Source: Alphaproteobacteria bacterium
Lineage (GTDB): Bacteria > Pseudomonadota > Alphaproteobacteria > UBA828
Assembly: GCA_965214705.1 (NCBI GenBank)
Contig: OZ243972.1
Coordinates: 992,001 to 1,056,000 of the forward strand
Length of the DNA stretch: 64,000 bases
Reading direction: 5' to 3'
Shown: positions 30,482 to 43,638 of the stretch, piece by piece
Layout: every line of letters begins with the position of its first letter
Numbering within the stretch: position 1 is the first letter of the stretch
Notes under the pieces: generated by a model
Databases searched by the model: none
The model's input: the letters and a program-made list of their open reading frames with translations, nothing else
Told to the model about the DNA's origin: nothing
Program-made: the position numbers and the translations under genes

Positions 30482-30931
30482 ATGAAGGGTCCCAACAACA
30501 AGCGCCCGCGCGGGTATAGGGGCAACGGACGACGCCCCGGATTTCACGGTCGCGGGTCGACCTTCGAGAGCAATGGTCCCGAAGGAAAGATCCGCGGAAC
30601 CGCGTTCCAGGTCATCGAGAAATATCAGGCCCTGGCGCAAGATGCGCTCTCGTCGGGAGACCGAATCGGCGCCGAAAATTTCTTCCAGCACGCCGAGCAT
30701 TATTACCGTGTTGTTGCAGCCAATGGCTGGGATCAACGCGGGCAACGCCAGCACGGTCAGCAGCCTCAACATTCGCAGCAACAGCCGCAACCTCAGCAGC
30801 GCGTCGAGCCCGAGAAAAACTCGGGCGGAGCGCAGGAACAGGCGGCAAGCGCCGAGCCTCAGGCCCAGGCGACGGCGAGCGAGGAAGCACCGGCGGACGC
30901 GACCGAGGAGCGCGCGCCCCAGGCTTCCTAA
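30482..30931 (+). CDS. DUF4167-domain protein
   Basis: FESNGP..KIRG.A.QV.EKY..LA.DA..SGDR..AEN.FQHAEHYYR; usual position between prmC and clpB. Confidence 0.88.
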   Translation: MKGPNNKRPRGYRGNGRRPGFHGRGSTFESNGPEGKIRGTAFQVIEKYQALAQDALSSGDRIGAENFFQHAEHYYRVVAANGWDQRGQRQHGQQPQHSQQQPQPQQRVEPEKNSGGAQEQAASAEPQAQATASEEAPADATEERAPQAS

Positions 30932-31054
30932 TCCGGGCGCCAGACCCTACCCAGTCCTTTTCAGGTAAGTTTTCTTCCCAGTCGGCGGGCCCGCGCGGTG
31001 CGTGTTTTGCGCGCGCGGACGCATCATGTGTAAGGGATGGCAAGAGGAGCCACC

Positions 31055-31084
31055 CTTGCCGCGGTGCTGCCAGACCCCATATAG
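31055..31084 (+). promoter_or_regulatory. RpoH (sigma32)-type promoter of clpB
   Basis: CTTG at 31055 and CCCCATATAG at 31075, matching the alphaproteobacterial heat-shock consensus. Confidence 0.7.
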
Positions 31085-31191
31085 GGAACGGTTGCTCAGC
31101 GACCCGGCATCCGGCTGCGGGCCTCGTTCGAGGCCATGAGAGTGCGACCGTATTCGGCTCTCATCAGCGGATGGCCAACGAGGGATGACAC

Positions 31192-33795
<2,604 letters not shown>

Positions 33796-33799
33796 CGGG

Positions 33800-33824
33800 A
33801 GGCGCGGGTCGCGCGCCTTTATTC
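33800..33824 (+). terminator. Putative clpB terminator
   Basis: AGGCGCG-GGTCG-CGCGCCT hairpin followed by a short T-rich tract. Confidence 0.45.
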
Positions 33825-33889
33825 CCGGGTGGCCAGGAGGATAGCGAGAACATTGTGCGGCCCTGGACGGGCCAACGACCAAGGATAAT

Positions 33890-36883
33890 TTAGCGCTGGG
33901 CGACGCGCGTGACCGCCGGCACCTCGGCGATCAGGACCATGATCTTCTGCACCTGCGCCTGAAACTCTGCCAACTCGCTGCCCTTCAGCTTGCGGCCGGA
34001 GGGCAGCTTGAGCGTCATCGGGTTGATCCGCTTGTTGCCCACCATCACCTCGTAGTGGAGGTGAGGCCCGGTCGACATCCCGGTGGAGCCAACGTAGCCG
34101 ATGACCTGCCCCTGACGCACGCGTTTGCCCCTCTTCATACCCTTCGCGAAGCCGCTGAGGTGGGCATAGCCGGTGCTGTAGGTACCGTTGTGCCGGATAC
34201 GGATGTATTTGCCGTAGTTGCCATAGCGGCCGATCATGGAAATCTTGCCGTCGCCTCCGGCGTAAATTGGCGTGCCCGTGGGCGCCGCGAAATCGACCCC
34301 CAGGTGCTTCTTGTTGTAGCCAAGGATCGGGTGTCTGCGCATGCCGTAGGCCGACGAGAGCCGGGCGCCGTTGATCGGCGTGCGCATCAGGGCCTTGCGC
34401 ACGCTGGCGCCTTGAGCGTCGATGTAATCCGCTGGCCCTTCCCCCGGTTCGTAGCGGAAGAGCTCGACCTCACGCTCGCCCACTTCCAGGTTCGCGTAGA
34501 GGATGGGACCATTCTCCACGAACTCGCCCGCCCTGTTGAACACTGCTTCGTAGAGGACCTCAAACCGGTCGCCTGGTTGGATATCCCACTGGAAGTCCAC
34601 GTCGAAGCTGAAGATGTGCACCATCTCCATGAGCACTTGGTTCGGCATTCCTGCGGCGAGAGCGGAGACATAAAGACTGGAATCGATCGTTCCGACTGTC
34701 CGCTGCAGGACGCGGTCGAGCGGCCTGTCCACCACGCTGGGCAGGAAGATACCGTCATTGCTGCGGGTCACCACGACGTCGCGATCCGCCGCCACGTCGA
34801 GAGCAAGCGAGGCAAGCCGAGGGGCGCCGTTCGACCCGTTCTCCGGATCGAACGCCAGGGAGAGCGTCTGGCCGATCCGTAACTTGCGTGGATTGTGTAC
34901 CTTGCGGAAGGCCACGATCGCGGCTTCCGCCTCCTCGCGCGTGCCGCCGGCCCGTGTCAGTGCTTTCGACAGCGTGTCGCCACGGCCAATGACCACCGCC
35001 TTGCGCACCAGGCCGTCGTCTCCGTCGAGCGGGGCGGCGGCGAGATCGCTGAAAGCACCGTTGATGGTGCCCTTGATGACGGGAAGGACAATCCCGTTGA
35101 CGGCACCACTTTGGGGATCCGCCGCGCCTTGCGGCTCAAGGTTGGAGGAGACGGTGGCGATCGGCGCAGCGGCGGCGACGAAGGCGCTGGTCATCACTTG
35201 GCCGCGATGGGTCACCCTTGCCCGCTCGCGCTGCGGCTTGTCCTTGGGCGGCGTGGCGACTGTGGCAGTGCGCATGAGCGGGGCAGCCATGAGCCCGAGC
35301 CGATCGACCTCTGCCGCGTCGAAGTAACCGCTCGCGACACGGCTCACCTTGACATAGCGGTCGTCGCCAACCCGCAATGCAACGGCCTTAAGGGTATCGG
35401 CGCCGGTCTCGTCGACGCCGGTGACCAGGGTGATTTCCTGCCCGATGCTGAGCCGCCTGAGGTTGAACAGCTTGCGGGCCGCCTGAATGGCGCGGTCGGC
35501 CTCCACACGGTCGATCCCGTGCCGCCGCAGAATCGCCATGAGCGTATCGCCGGAGCGCACCGTGATGCGTGTTGCGGACGGCGGCAGGGTATCGTCTGGC
35601 GCGGCAGGCGCTGCAATCGGCGTCGTCCGCTCTACCTCGGCGGCGGCGGCCACCGCGCGCGGCTGGGCAGGCGTCGGCGGCTCCGTCGTGATGCGACTGG
35701 AGAAACGTCCTTTCTCCTCGCGCTCCACCACGATGTGCCGGCCTTTCGGGAGCTTGATGTCGAGCAAAGCGACGCGTGGCTCGAAGCCTTCCACCGGCTT
35801 CTTGGCTACACGCACGGTAACGCCGGCAGGAAGGCGCCGTGGGTTGAACACGCGGCGCAGGCTCCGCACGATGGCATCCGCCTCGGGTCTACGCACGTCC
35901 GCGTCGAGGAGCAAATCCATCAACGTGCTGCCCGACCGCAAGGTGCGGCTCAGCTCAATGAGCTCGGGCTCGACAGGGTGCTGGGGACCATCGTAGCGCG
36001 CGGTGTCGGCGCTGGTCTGATCGGCGGCCGCAGGAGCGGTGTCGGCAGTCTTGGGCGTGGGCTTTTGCGGTGGCGTTATAGCGACGTCAGCCAGCTGCAT
36101 CGCGGCGTCGTCCGCCGCCGGCGCTGGAGCAAATGTTAACCCTGCGGTGCGGAGCGCGTCGGCAGTGGTGCGGCGTGCGGCGAAACCGCCGCCATCGCTG
36201 CGGACGACCGCTACTGCCATGTCGTCGTCGAGGTGGAGCGCGATGCCGCGCAGGAGGGGTGCGTCATTCGCGTCGCGCCCAGCCACGATTGTGAGGGTAT
36301 GGCCTGGCATCAGGTTGCGTGGGTCGAAGGCTGCACGCAGCGCGCTCACGACGGCGTCAACGGTCACGGCGTCAACGCCGTGGCGTTGCAAAATGCCCGC
36401 GATCGTCTGATTGCGCCGCACGGTCACGGTGCGGCCGTCGCGCTCGAACGCCACTTCGGACAGAGGGACGGGCTGAGTGAGAGGAACGGTGGTGCGGCGC
36501 GCCCTGTACCCGCCTTTCTCGGTGCGGGTAGCTTCGACGTATCGACCGGGCCGCGTCTCGACGCTGACCGCAACCGGAATGCGCCGACGCTCGCCCTCCG
36601 CCTTGAACAGAAGCCTCACCTCGCGGCCGACCGACATGCGCCGCAGGTTGGTTTGCTTCTGAATTGCCCTGCTGATTCGGTCGACGTCAACGGCGCGCAC
36701 GCCGGCCCTGGTAAGCAAGACGGAGAGGCTGTCGCCGCGTCCTAACTTGAGGGTCTCCAGCTCGGTCTCGATCTCCGCCGCAGCGAGTGCCGTCTGCATC
36801 GGCGCGGGCAGGACCACAGCAATCGCCGCGATCAATGCGAGCGCTGCAAGTCGGCCCATCCAACGGCGAGACTGGCGATCCAT
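33890..36883 (-). CDS. M23-family peptidoglycan DD-metalloendopeptidase with five tandem LysM-like/OapA-type N-terminal domains
   Basis: N-terminal hydrophobic segment; C-terminal H.GVDF, GYAHL, GSTG.STGPHLHYE; ATG at 36883 after GGAG. Confidence 0.9.
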   Translation of the reverse strand: MDRQSRRWMGRLAALALIAAIAVVLPAPMQTALAAAEIETELETLKLGRGDSLSVLLTRAGVRAVDVDRISRAIQKQTNLRRMSVGREVRLLFKAEGERRRIPVAVSVETRPGRYVEATRTEKGGYRARRTTVPLTQPVPLSEVAFERDGRTVTVRRNQTIAGILQRHGVDAVTVDAVVSALRAAFDPRNLMPGHTLTIVAGRDANDAPLLRGIALHLDDDMAVAVVRSDGGGFAARRTTADALRTAGLTFAPAPAADDAAMQLADVAITPPQKPTPKTADTAPAAADQTSADTARYDGPQHPVEPELIELSRTLRSGSTLMDLLLDADVRRPEADAIVRSLRRVFNPRRLPAGVTVRVAKKPVEGFEPRVALLDIKLPKGRHIVVEREEKGRFSSRITTEPPTPAQPRAVAAAAEVERTTPIAAPAAPDDTLPPSATRITVRSGDTLMAILRRHGIDRVEADRAIQAARKLFNLRRLSIGQEITLVTGVDETGADTLKAVALRVGDDRYVKVSRVASGYFDAAEVDRLGLMAAPLMRTATVATPPKDKPQRERARVTHRGQVMTSAFVAAAAPIATVSSNLEPQGAADPQSGAVNGIVLPVIKGTINGAFSDLAAAPLDGDDGLVRKAVVIGRGDTLSKALTRAGGTREEAEAAIVAFRKVHNPRKLRIGQTLSLAFDPENGSNGAPRLASLALDVAADRDVVVTRSNDGIFLPSVVDRPLDRVLQRTVGTIDSSLYVSALAAGMPNQVLMEMVHIFSFDVDFQWDIQPGDRFEVLYEAVFNRAGEFVENGPILYANLEVGEREVELFRYEPGEGPADYIDAQGASVRKALMRTPINGARLSSAYGMRRHPILGYNKKHLGVDFAAPTGTPIYAGGDGKISMIGRYGNYGKYIRIRHNGTYSTGYAHLSGFAKGMKRGKRVRQGQVIGYVGSTGMSTGPHLHYEVMVGNKRINPMTLKLPSGRKLKGSELAEFQAQVQKIMVLIAEVPAVTRVAQR

Positions 36884-37067
36884 ACTCCGAATCAATCAGT
36901 GAACCACGCGCACGCCCATCGATTCATTGGTCGGAATCGGCAAACGACTACTGACCCTGATGGCGCAAGGGCGTCATGTCAATCATTGCTTGAGCGACAT
37001 GACCCGAAAAACACCTTGCAATTCGGCATGGTATGCCTTGTCGGCGCACACTCTAGGTCCAGGCGGC

Positions 37068-37316
37068 CTAGCGCCGACTGTGCGCTCCCGAGCGGCGGTT
37101 TTCACCTGCCGCCGCCGTCTGCAGCCGTGCGATCTCGTCCTTAACCTTGAGCTTTCGACGTTTCAAATGGGTCAGAGACAGCCCATCGGGTGCCGGCCGT
37201 CCGGCTTCTTCCTGGATAGCCCGTTCGAGTCCGGCGTGTCTTGCAGCAAGCGTGGCGAGATAGTCGTCGACCCCGATCTCAAAGGCCAGCGCGACAGGGT
37301 CGATCCGCGAATACAT
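37068..37316 (-). CDS. DUF465/YdcH-family small coiled-coil protein
   Basis: L..L..RH..LE..I..E..RP.PD...L..LKRRKL..KDEI; start codon uncertain. Confidence 0.7.
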   Translation of the reverse strand: MYSRIDPVALAFEIGVDDYLATLAARHAGLERAIQEEAGRPAPDGLSLTHLKRRKLKVKDEIARLQTAAAGENRRSGAHSRR

Positions 37317-37662
37317 CAGTTGGTGGAGCTCACTGGGGCAATCTCGACAGAGGTAATCAGCAAGGCATGCCGGGGCATCTGCGGGTCTGTCGCTAGTATG
37401 TCATATCGCATGCACCGCCGCCACGCCGTATCGCTCATCGAATCGCGTGGAATGGCCGCATGTTATCAATATTGCTATGACTCTTTCGATAGTAGGCATG
37501 ATGGGTGTCGTCGGCTCGGCGATCGGGCGTCGGTGCCCGGACACAGGAGCCAAGGCTGCCGCGAAGCGCTCGGAGCCGACGCGGGAATAGCGGGCGAAAG
37601 GCTGGTGATCGCGGAATGAGGGTTGGCGGTCGAGCGGCAGACACAGCGCCACGCCGAATGCA

Positions 37663-38700
37663 GTGAACCTTACCGCGTCTCTCGTAGCCGGCGGTGTGGG
37701 CTTCGCGGCGACGGCGGCGTTGACCGGTCTCGTGCGGGCGCTGCTACGGCGTCATGGCGTCTTGGACCGGCCCAACGAGCGCTCCAGCCATCGGGCCGCA
37801 GTGCCGCGTGGCGGCGGCATCGCCGTTGTCGGCGTCCTGCTTGCGGCATGGCTCGTGCTCTGGTTCACGGACGCCTCTGCAGGCAGCGGGACGCTCTTCT
37901 GGGTCGCGCTCGCAGGCGGGCTCGGGCTCGTCGCGGTCTCCTGGCTCGACGACCTAAGCGGTAGCGCCCCTATCTTCGTGCGCCTTGGGGTGCAGGTCGT
38001 GGCGGTCGGCGCCGGGATCGCCTCGCTCCCCGGTGACGGTCTCGTATTTCAAGGCACCGTGCCGGCCCTCGTCGATCACGCGCTGGCGGCGGTAGCCTGG
38101 CTCTGGTTTGTGAACCTGTTCAACTTCATGGACGGGATCGACGGGCTCAGCGGCGTCGAGGGCGCGAGCCTCGGGCTCGGCACGTTCCTGCTGGCGCTGC
38201 TGGGTGCCGCGCCGGCCTGGCTCGGGCCACTCGGGCTGACCCTCGCCGGTGTCTCTCTCGGTTTTCTGCTCTGGAACTGGCACCCCGCCAGGATCTTTCT
38301 CGGCGATGTGGGGAGCGTGCCGCTCGGGTACTTGGCCGGTTGGCTCCTGCTGGCGTTGGCGGCGGCGGGCGCATGGCAGGCGGCACTGCTGCTGCCCGCG
38401 TACTATCTCGCGGACGCGACGTTCACGTTGGTTCGTCGCCTGCTGCGCGGCCGGCGCGTGTGGCATGCGCACCGCGAGCATTTCTATCAGCGGGTGGTGG
38501 CGGCCGGCTGGAGCCACGGTCGCACTGCCGCACTGATCGCCGGCCATAATCTGCTGCTCGTGGGACTTGCGGTCGCCTCCCAGCAGGGCTCGGCCGCAGC
38601 TGCGGCGTCGCTTGCGGCGGGGGCGATGCTCGTCGTGGCGCTGCTGTGGTATCTTCACGCCGCCGCTCGGGCATCACGCGGCGCATCGGGGCAGAGTTGA
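37663..38700 (+). CDS. MraY/WecA-like polyprenyl-phosphate sugar-1-phosphate transferase (WbpL-like)
   Basis: DRPNERSSH..PRGGG, WLDD, NLFNFMDGIDG, WNWHPARIFLGDVGS, AHREHFYQR; multiple TM helices. Confidence 0.9.
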   Translation: MNLTASLVAGGVGFAATAALTGLVRALLRRHGVLDRPNERSSHRAAVPRGGGIAVVGVLLAAWLVLWFTDASAGSGTLFWVALAGGLGLVAVSWLDDLSGSAPIFVRLGVQVVAVGAGIASLPGDGLVFQGTVPALVDHALAAVAWLWFVNLFNFMDGIDGLSGVEGASLGLGTFLLALLGAAPAWLGPLGLTLAGVSLGFLLWNWHPARIFLGDVGSVPLGYLAGWLLLALAAAGAWQAALLLPAYYLADATFTLVRRLLRGRRVWHAHREHFYQRVVAAGWSHGRTAALIAGHNLLLVGLAVASQQGSAAAAASLAAGAMLVVALLWYLHAAARASRGASGQS

Positions 38701-39968
38701 TCGTCAAACGCGCGTACATGGTGGCGGCCCGCGACGTGGCCATGGCAGGCGCGTCGTTCGCGCGCGCCCTGCTGCCCCGTTGCAGGCTCGGTAGCGTGGC
38801 GCGGCGCGGCGCCGGTGTCGACCGCGACATCGATGTGCGCCCGCTTCGCTCCGAAGACCTGCTCGGTCGCCCGGAGGCCGCGCCCGACCATGCTGCCATG
38901 CGCGCCCTGGTCAACGGCAGGCGAGTCTGCATCACTGGCGCCGGCGGCACCATCGGCGCCGAACTCGCACGGCAGATTGCCCAATACGCGCCTGCACACC
39001 TCACCCTGATCGACAACGCCGAGTACAACCTCTACCGGATCAATCTCGAGCTCGAGGAGGCGCAACCGGAACTCCCACGCAGCACTGTGCTCGGCGATGT
39101 GCGGGATCCGGACAGCGTGGCTTATACCTTCGCCTCCGCCTGCCCGGAGCTGGTTTTCCACGCGGCGGCGCTCAAGCACGTGCACATGGTCGAGGCCAAT
39201 CCGGACGAGGGGGTGCTCACCAATGTCGTGGGCACGCGTAACGTGGCCGATGCCTGCATCTCGATCGGCGCCCGAGCGATGGTGCTCGTATCGACCGACA
39301 AATCGGTCGATCCCACGAGCGTCATGGGCGCGACAAAGCGCATCGCCGAGAGCTACTGCCACGCGCTCGCCCACTCGCAGGCGGCGGGGGACTTGCGGCT
39401 GGTGACGGTACGCTTCGGCAACGTGATTGGCTCCTCCGGCTCGGTCGTGCCGCTCTTCCAGCGTCAGATCGCCACCGGCGGCCCGGTAACCGTCACCGAT
39501 CCCGATGTTGCGCGCTACTTCATGACGACGCGGGAGGCGGTGCAGCTCCTTCTCCAGGCGTCGGCGCTTGGCGTGGCCGAGGAGAGCGGCGGCATCTACG
39601 TGCTCGATATGGGCGAGCCCATCAAGGTCGTCAATCTCGCGCGGCGGATGATCCACCTCGCCGGGCTAACCCCCGATAGAGATATCGAAATCGTTTACAC
39701 CGGACTGCGTCCAGGCGAGAAGAAGGGCGAGAGCCTGTTCCATCGGGCCGAGCCCATGGTCATCACCAAGATGCCCGGTATCCTCAAGGCGCGGTCGCGT
39801 CCCGCCGACATCGCCTTCATGCGGCGCCGGCTCGATCAGCTTGCGGCCGCGGCGCGCGACCGACGCACGCGCGACACGCTGGCGATGGTGGCGGCGATGG
39901 TGCCCGAGTACGAGCCGAGCGACGGTGCTCTCTCGGCGACGCCTGCTGCATCCGGGCTCGCCCTTTAG
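38697..39968 (+). CDS. CapD/WbpM/PglF-like UDP-sugar 4,6-dehydratase, apparently lacking the internal membrane/linker region
   Basis: TTG overlaps the upstream stop; [57 protein letters not shown]. Confidence 0.85.
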   Translation: MIVKRAYMVAARDVAMAGASFARALLPRCRLGSVARRGAGVDRDIDVRPLRSEDLLGRPEAAPDHAAMRALVNGRRVCITGAGGTIGAELARQIAQYAPAHLTLIDNAEYNLYRINLELEEAQPELPRSTVLGDVRDPDSVAYTFASACPELVFHAAALKHVHMVEANPDEGVLTNVVGTRNVADACISIGARAMVLVSTDKSVDPTSVMGATKRIAESYCHALAHSQAAGDLRLVTVRFGNVIGSSGSVVPLFQRQIATGGPVTVTDPDVARYFMTTREAVQLLLQASALGVAEESGGIYVLDMGEPIKVVNLARRMIHLAGLTPDRDIEIVYTGLRPGEKKGESLFHRAEPMVITKMPGILKARSRPADIAFMRRRLDQLAAAARDRRTRDTLAMVAAMVPEYEPSDGALSATPAASGLAL

Positions 39969-39999
39969 CCGGCCGCAACGCCCCAGCAGGAGTCACTCG

Positions 40000-41589
40000 A
40001 TGCCCGACACCCCAGGCCGGCCCATTGCCCGTGCGCTGATATCGGTTTCGGACAAGACAGGCCTGGAGCCCTTCGCTGCCGCGCTCGCGCGATTGGGCGT
40101 CGCCATCCTGTCCACCGGCGGCACCGCACGGGCCCTGCGCAACGCCGGCATTGCGGTCACCGACGTCTCGGAGCACACGGGTTTTCCGGAGATCATGGAC
40201 GGCCGGGTCAAGACCCTGCACCCGGCGATCCACGGCGGAATCCTCGCCCGCAGGAGCGATGTCGGCCATCGCGCGGCGCTGAAGGCGCACGGTATCGCGG
40301 GCATCGATCTGGTCGCGGTCAACCTCTATCCCTTCGAAGAGGCGGTGCGGGAGCGCGCCGCACTCGATCGGTGCATCGAGACCATCGATATAGGCGGCCC
40401 GGCGATGATCCGGGCGGCGGCCAAGAACCATGAGGACGTGACGGTGGTGGTCCAGCCCTCGGACTACGCGGCGGTCATGGAGGAGATGGAGACGATGGGC
40501 GGCGCCACCAGCCTCGGCTTGCGCCGACGCCTGGCTGCGACGGCGTTCGCGCGCACGGCCGCTTACGACGCTGCCATCGCCCGCCGGCTCGCGGCCGAGA
40601 GCGACGGCGACCCGCTGCTGCCCCGCTTTGTGTTAGGTGGTTCGCGGAGCAGGCTGCTGCGTTACGGCGAGAACCCCCACCAAGCCGCTGCTCTTTACGT
40701 CGACCCCACGGCCCCGCCGGGCGTCGCCCAGGCCGCGCTGATCCAGGGCAAGGAGCCGAGCTATAACAACTTGGCCGATGCCGACGCGGCGTATGGGCTG
40801 GTGCGCGAGTTCGGCCCGCCCGCCATCGCCATCATCAAGCACAACAACCCCTGCGGCGTCGCCGTCTGCGGCACCCTCGCCGAGGCATACGAGAAGGCGC
40901 GGGCGTGCGATCCGGTGAGCGCCTTCGGCGGCGTGGTCGCGGCGAACCGGCCGCTAGACGGTGCGACCGCACGGGCCATCGCGGGCCTCTTCATCGAGGT
41001 CGTGGTGGCGCCCGACGCGGACGACGAAGCGCGCGCCGCTCTCGCGGCGAGGAGCGGTTTGCGCCTCCTGCTCACCGGCGCAGGCGCCGATGACGGCAGC
41101 GAACGACTGATGGTCCGCACCCTCGACGACGGTTTCCTGGTGCAGACGCTGGATACCGCGCGGGTGACGGCAGAGGCGCTCGAAACCGTAACTAAGCGTG
41201 CGCCGACGGAGCAGGAACGCGCGGACCTCCTGTTCGCGTTCACGGTGGCCAAGCACGTGAAGTCCAACGCCATCGTCTACGCCAAGGATGGCGCCACGGT
41301 CGGCATCGGCGCAGGCCAGATGAGCCGCGTCGACTCCTCCCGGATCGCGGCGCAGAAGGCAGCGGACGCATCTGCCGCCGCCGGCGAGGCCCGCTCCAGG
41401 GCGGAAGGCTGCGTGGTGGCATCCGACGCGTTCTTTCCCTTTGCGGACGGGCTCTTGGCTGCCGCTGCGGCCGCCGCCACCGCCGTGATTCAACCGGGCG
41501 GATCAAAGCGCGACGCCGAGGTTATCGCCGCGGCTGACGAGCAAGGCCTTGCCATGGTCTTCACCGGCCTCCGTCACTTCCGCCATTAG
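40000..41589 (+). CDS. purH: Bifunctional AICAR transformylase/IMP cyclohydrolase
   Basis: [52 protein letters not shown]. Confidence 0.97.
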   Translation: MPDTPGRPIARALISVSDKTGLEPFAAALARLGVAILSTGGTARALRNAGIAVTDVSEHTGFPEIMDGRVKTLHPAIHGGILARRSDVGHRAALKAHGIAGIDLVAVNLYPFEEAVRERAALDRCIETIDIGGPAMIRAAAKNHEDVTVVVQPSDYAAVMEEMETMGGATSLGLRRRLAATAFARTAAYDAAIARRLAAESDGDPLLPRFVLGGSRSRLLRYGENPHQAAALYVDPTAPPGVAQAALIQGKEPSYNNLADADAAYGLVREFGPPAIAIIKHNNPCGVAVCGTLAEAYEKARACDPVSAFGGVVAANRPLDGATARAIAGLFIEVVVAPDADDEARAALAARSGLRLLLTGAGADDGSERLMVRTLDDGFLVQTLDTARVTAEALETVTKRAPTEQERADLLFAFTVAKHVKSNAIVYAKDGATVGIGAGQMSRVDSSRIAAQKAADASAAAGEARSRAEGCVVASDAFFPFADGLLAAAAAAATAVIQPGGSKRDAEVIAAADEQGLAMVFTGLRHFRH

Positions 41590-41601
41590 GGAAGCGCGCC
41601 G

Positions 41602-42540
41602 ATGATCGTCGTCTTCGGCTCGCTCAACGCCGATCTCGTGTTCGCCGTCGACGCCCTGCCGCGCCCAGGCGAGACGGTTCTCTGCCCCGGCCACCAAGCC
41701 GTGGCCGGCGGCAAGGGCCTGAACCAAGCGGTCGCCGCCGTCCGGGCCGCGACGGATCCGACGACCTCCGTGCAGATGGTCGGCCGCGTCGGCCCAGATG
41801 GCTTTGCCTCGCTCGCACTCGCGGCCCTGGAGGACGCGGGAGTCGGCACTGGGGCGATCACCGAGAGCGCACTGCCGACCGGCTGCGCCGCGGTGATCGT
41901 GGACCGCGTAGGCGAGAACCAGATCACCGTGGCAAGCGGCGCCAACACGGACCTTCCGCCCGAGGCGCTGCCGGACGACTGGCTCGGACCGGAGACGGTG
42001 CTCGTGCTGCAGATGGAGGTCCCGCTGGAATCGAACTGGGCAGCAGTCGAAAGAGCCAAGGCGCGGGGCGCGCGCGTGGTGCTCAATCTGGCCCCGGCAA
42101 AGCCCGTGCCGGCCGAACTACTTCCTGCCTTCGACCTCGTGGTGTTCAACGAAGTCGAGGCCGAGATGCTCGCCCGTGCGCGGGCGCTTGATGACGCCGC
42201 TGGCGAGGACGCGGCCCGCGCCATTACCGCGCGCTACGGCGTGACAACGGTGGTGAGCCTCGGCAGCGCCGGAGCCGCCGCCTTCACGCCTGACGAGGCC
42301 TGGCGCTGCGGCGCACTCGCGATCGAGCCCGTGGACACGGTGGGGGCGGGCGATGCCTTCGTCGCCGGCCTCGCACTCGGGCTCGAAGCGGGGGCGACGC
42401 TGTCCGCAATGTTGCACAGGGCGAGCGTCATCGGCGGCCTCGCCTGCTTGCGTGAGGGCGCGGCGCCCGCGATGCCGTCCGCAGCCGAGATCGAGGCGCG
42501 GCTCGGCGACCTTCCGCCAGCGCAGCCTATCCCGTTATGA
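41602..42540 (+). CDS. rbsK: Ribokinase-family (PfkB) sugar kinase
   Basis: GSLNAD, GGKGLNQA, GENQI.V..GAN, NEVE, DTVGAGDAF. Confidence 0.8.
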   Translation: MIVVFGSLNADLVFAVDALPRPGETVLCPGHQAVAGGKGLNQAVAAVRAATDPTTSVQMVGRVGPDGFASLALAALEDAGVGTGAITESALPTGCAAVIVDRVGENQITVASGANTDLPPEALPDDWLGPETVLVLQMEVPLESNWAAVERAKARGARVVLNLAPAKPVPAELLPAFDLVVFNEVEAEMLARARALDDAAGEDAARAITARYGVTTVVSLGSAGAAAFTPDEAWRCGALAIEPVDTVGAGDAFVAGLALGLEAGATLSAMLHRASVIGGLACLREGAAPAMPSAAEIEARLGDLPPAQPIPL

Positions 42541-43638
42541 GGAGGATGCCTCGGCGGCGCGGTCCGGAAACAGGGTCTGCAGGCCCTTCTGGGAGGCTTC
42601 GCACACGCCGCGATCGGTGATGAGCGCGGTCACGAGCCGGGCGGGTGTCACGTCAAAGGCATAGTTGGCGGCGCGACTGCCGGCGGGCGTGAGCGCCACC
42701 TTCGTCTCCTGACCCGCTTCGTCGCGCCCTGTGATCGTCAGCACTTCGTCCTCGTCCCGCTGCTCGATGGGGGTATCGGCGCCATCGGACAGGGACCAGT
42801 CGATGGTCGGATGGGGCAGCGCGACATAGAAGGGGACGTCGTTGTCGCTGGCGGCGAGCGCCTTCAGATAGGTGCCGATCTTGTTGCAGACATCGCCGCG
42901 GGCCGTCGTGCGGTCCGTGCCGGTGATGCAGAGATCGACCAAGCCAGTCTGCATCAGGTGACCACCGGCGTTATCCACGATCACCGTGTGCGGAACGCCG
43001 TGGCTGGCAAGCTCCCACGCGGTGAGCGCGGAGCCCTGGTTGCGTGGCCGGGTCTCGTCGACCCAGACATGGACCGCGATCCCCTTGTCGTGGGCCATGT
43101 AGAGCGGTGCCAGCGCCGTGCCCCAGTCGACCGTCGCGAGCCAGCCGGCGTTGCAGTGGGTGAGCACGTTGAGCGTGCCGTCCTTGCCCTCGGCCGCCTG
43201 CTCCAACAGGGCGAGACCGTACTCCCCGATCGCCCGGTTGATAGCGACGTCTTCGTCGCAGATCTCAGCCGCCCGCCGGTAGGCGGCAGCGGCGCGGTCT
43301 GCGGCAGGCAAGGGCCGCAGCCGGCGGCCGATATCCTCCAGCGCCCAGCGCAGGTTGGCTGCGGTCGGCCGCGTGCCGGCCAGGAGCGTGATGGCGTTCT
43401 CCAGGTTCGAATCGCCCGGGTCCTCGGCGAGCGCGAGGGCCATGCCGTAGGCCGCCGTCGCGCCGATAAGCGGCGCGCCGCGCACCACCATCGTGCTGAT
43501 GGCGTGTGCGGCCTCCTCGACCGAGCGAAGCCGGCGCGTTCCGAAGTTGTGAGGAAGCCGCGTCTGGTCGATGACGACGACCGTGCGGCCGTCCTCGTCC
43601 AGCCAGATGCTGCGATAGGGCTGGCCGTCGATCTTCAT
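42535..43638 (-). CDS. mtnA: S-methyl-5-thioribose-1-phosphate isomerase
   Basis: DQTRLP, VRGAPLIG, RPTA.NL, THCNAGWLA, DETRPRNQG, NKIGTY, N.AFDVTP. Confidence 0.95.
   Translation of the reverse strand: MKIDGQPYRSIWLDEDGRTVVVIDQTRLPHNFGTRRLRSVEEAAHAISTMVVRGAPLIGATAAYGMALALAEDPGDSNLENAITLLAGTRPTAANLRWALEDIGRRLRPLPAADRAAAAYRRAAEICDEDVAINRAIGEYGLALLEQAAEGKDGTLNVLTHCNAGWLATVDWGTALAPLYMAHDKGIAVHVWVDETRPRNQGSALTAWELASHGVPHTVIVDNAGGHLMQTGLVDLCITGTDRTTARGDVCNKIGTYLKALAASDNDVPFYVALPHPTIDWSLSDGADTPIEQRDEDEVLTITGRDEAGQETKVALTPAGSRAANYAFDVTPARLVTALITDRGVCEASQKGLQTLFPDRAAEASSS

Noticed and set aside
41455-41490. Poly-Ala run near the PurH C-terminus
   Set aside because: Minor drift of a normally Ala-rich helix; the frame and flanking motifs are intact.
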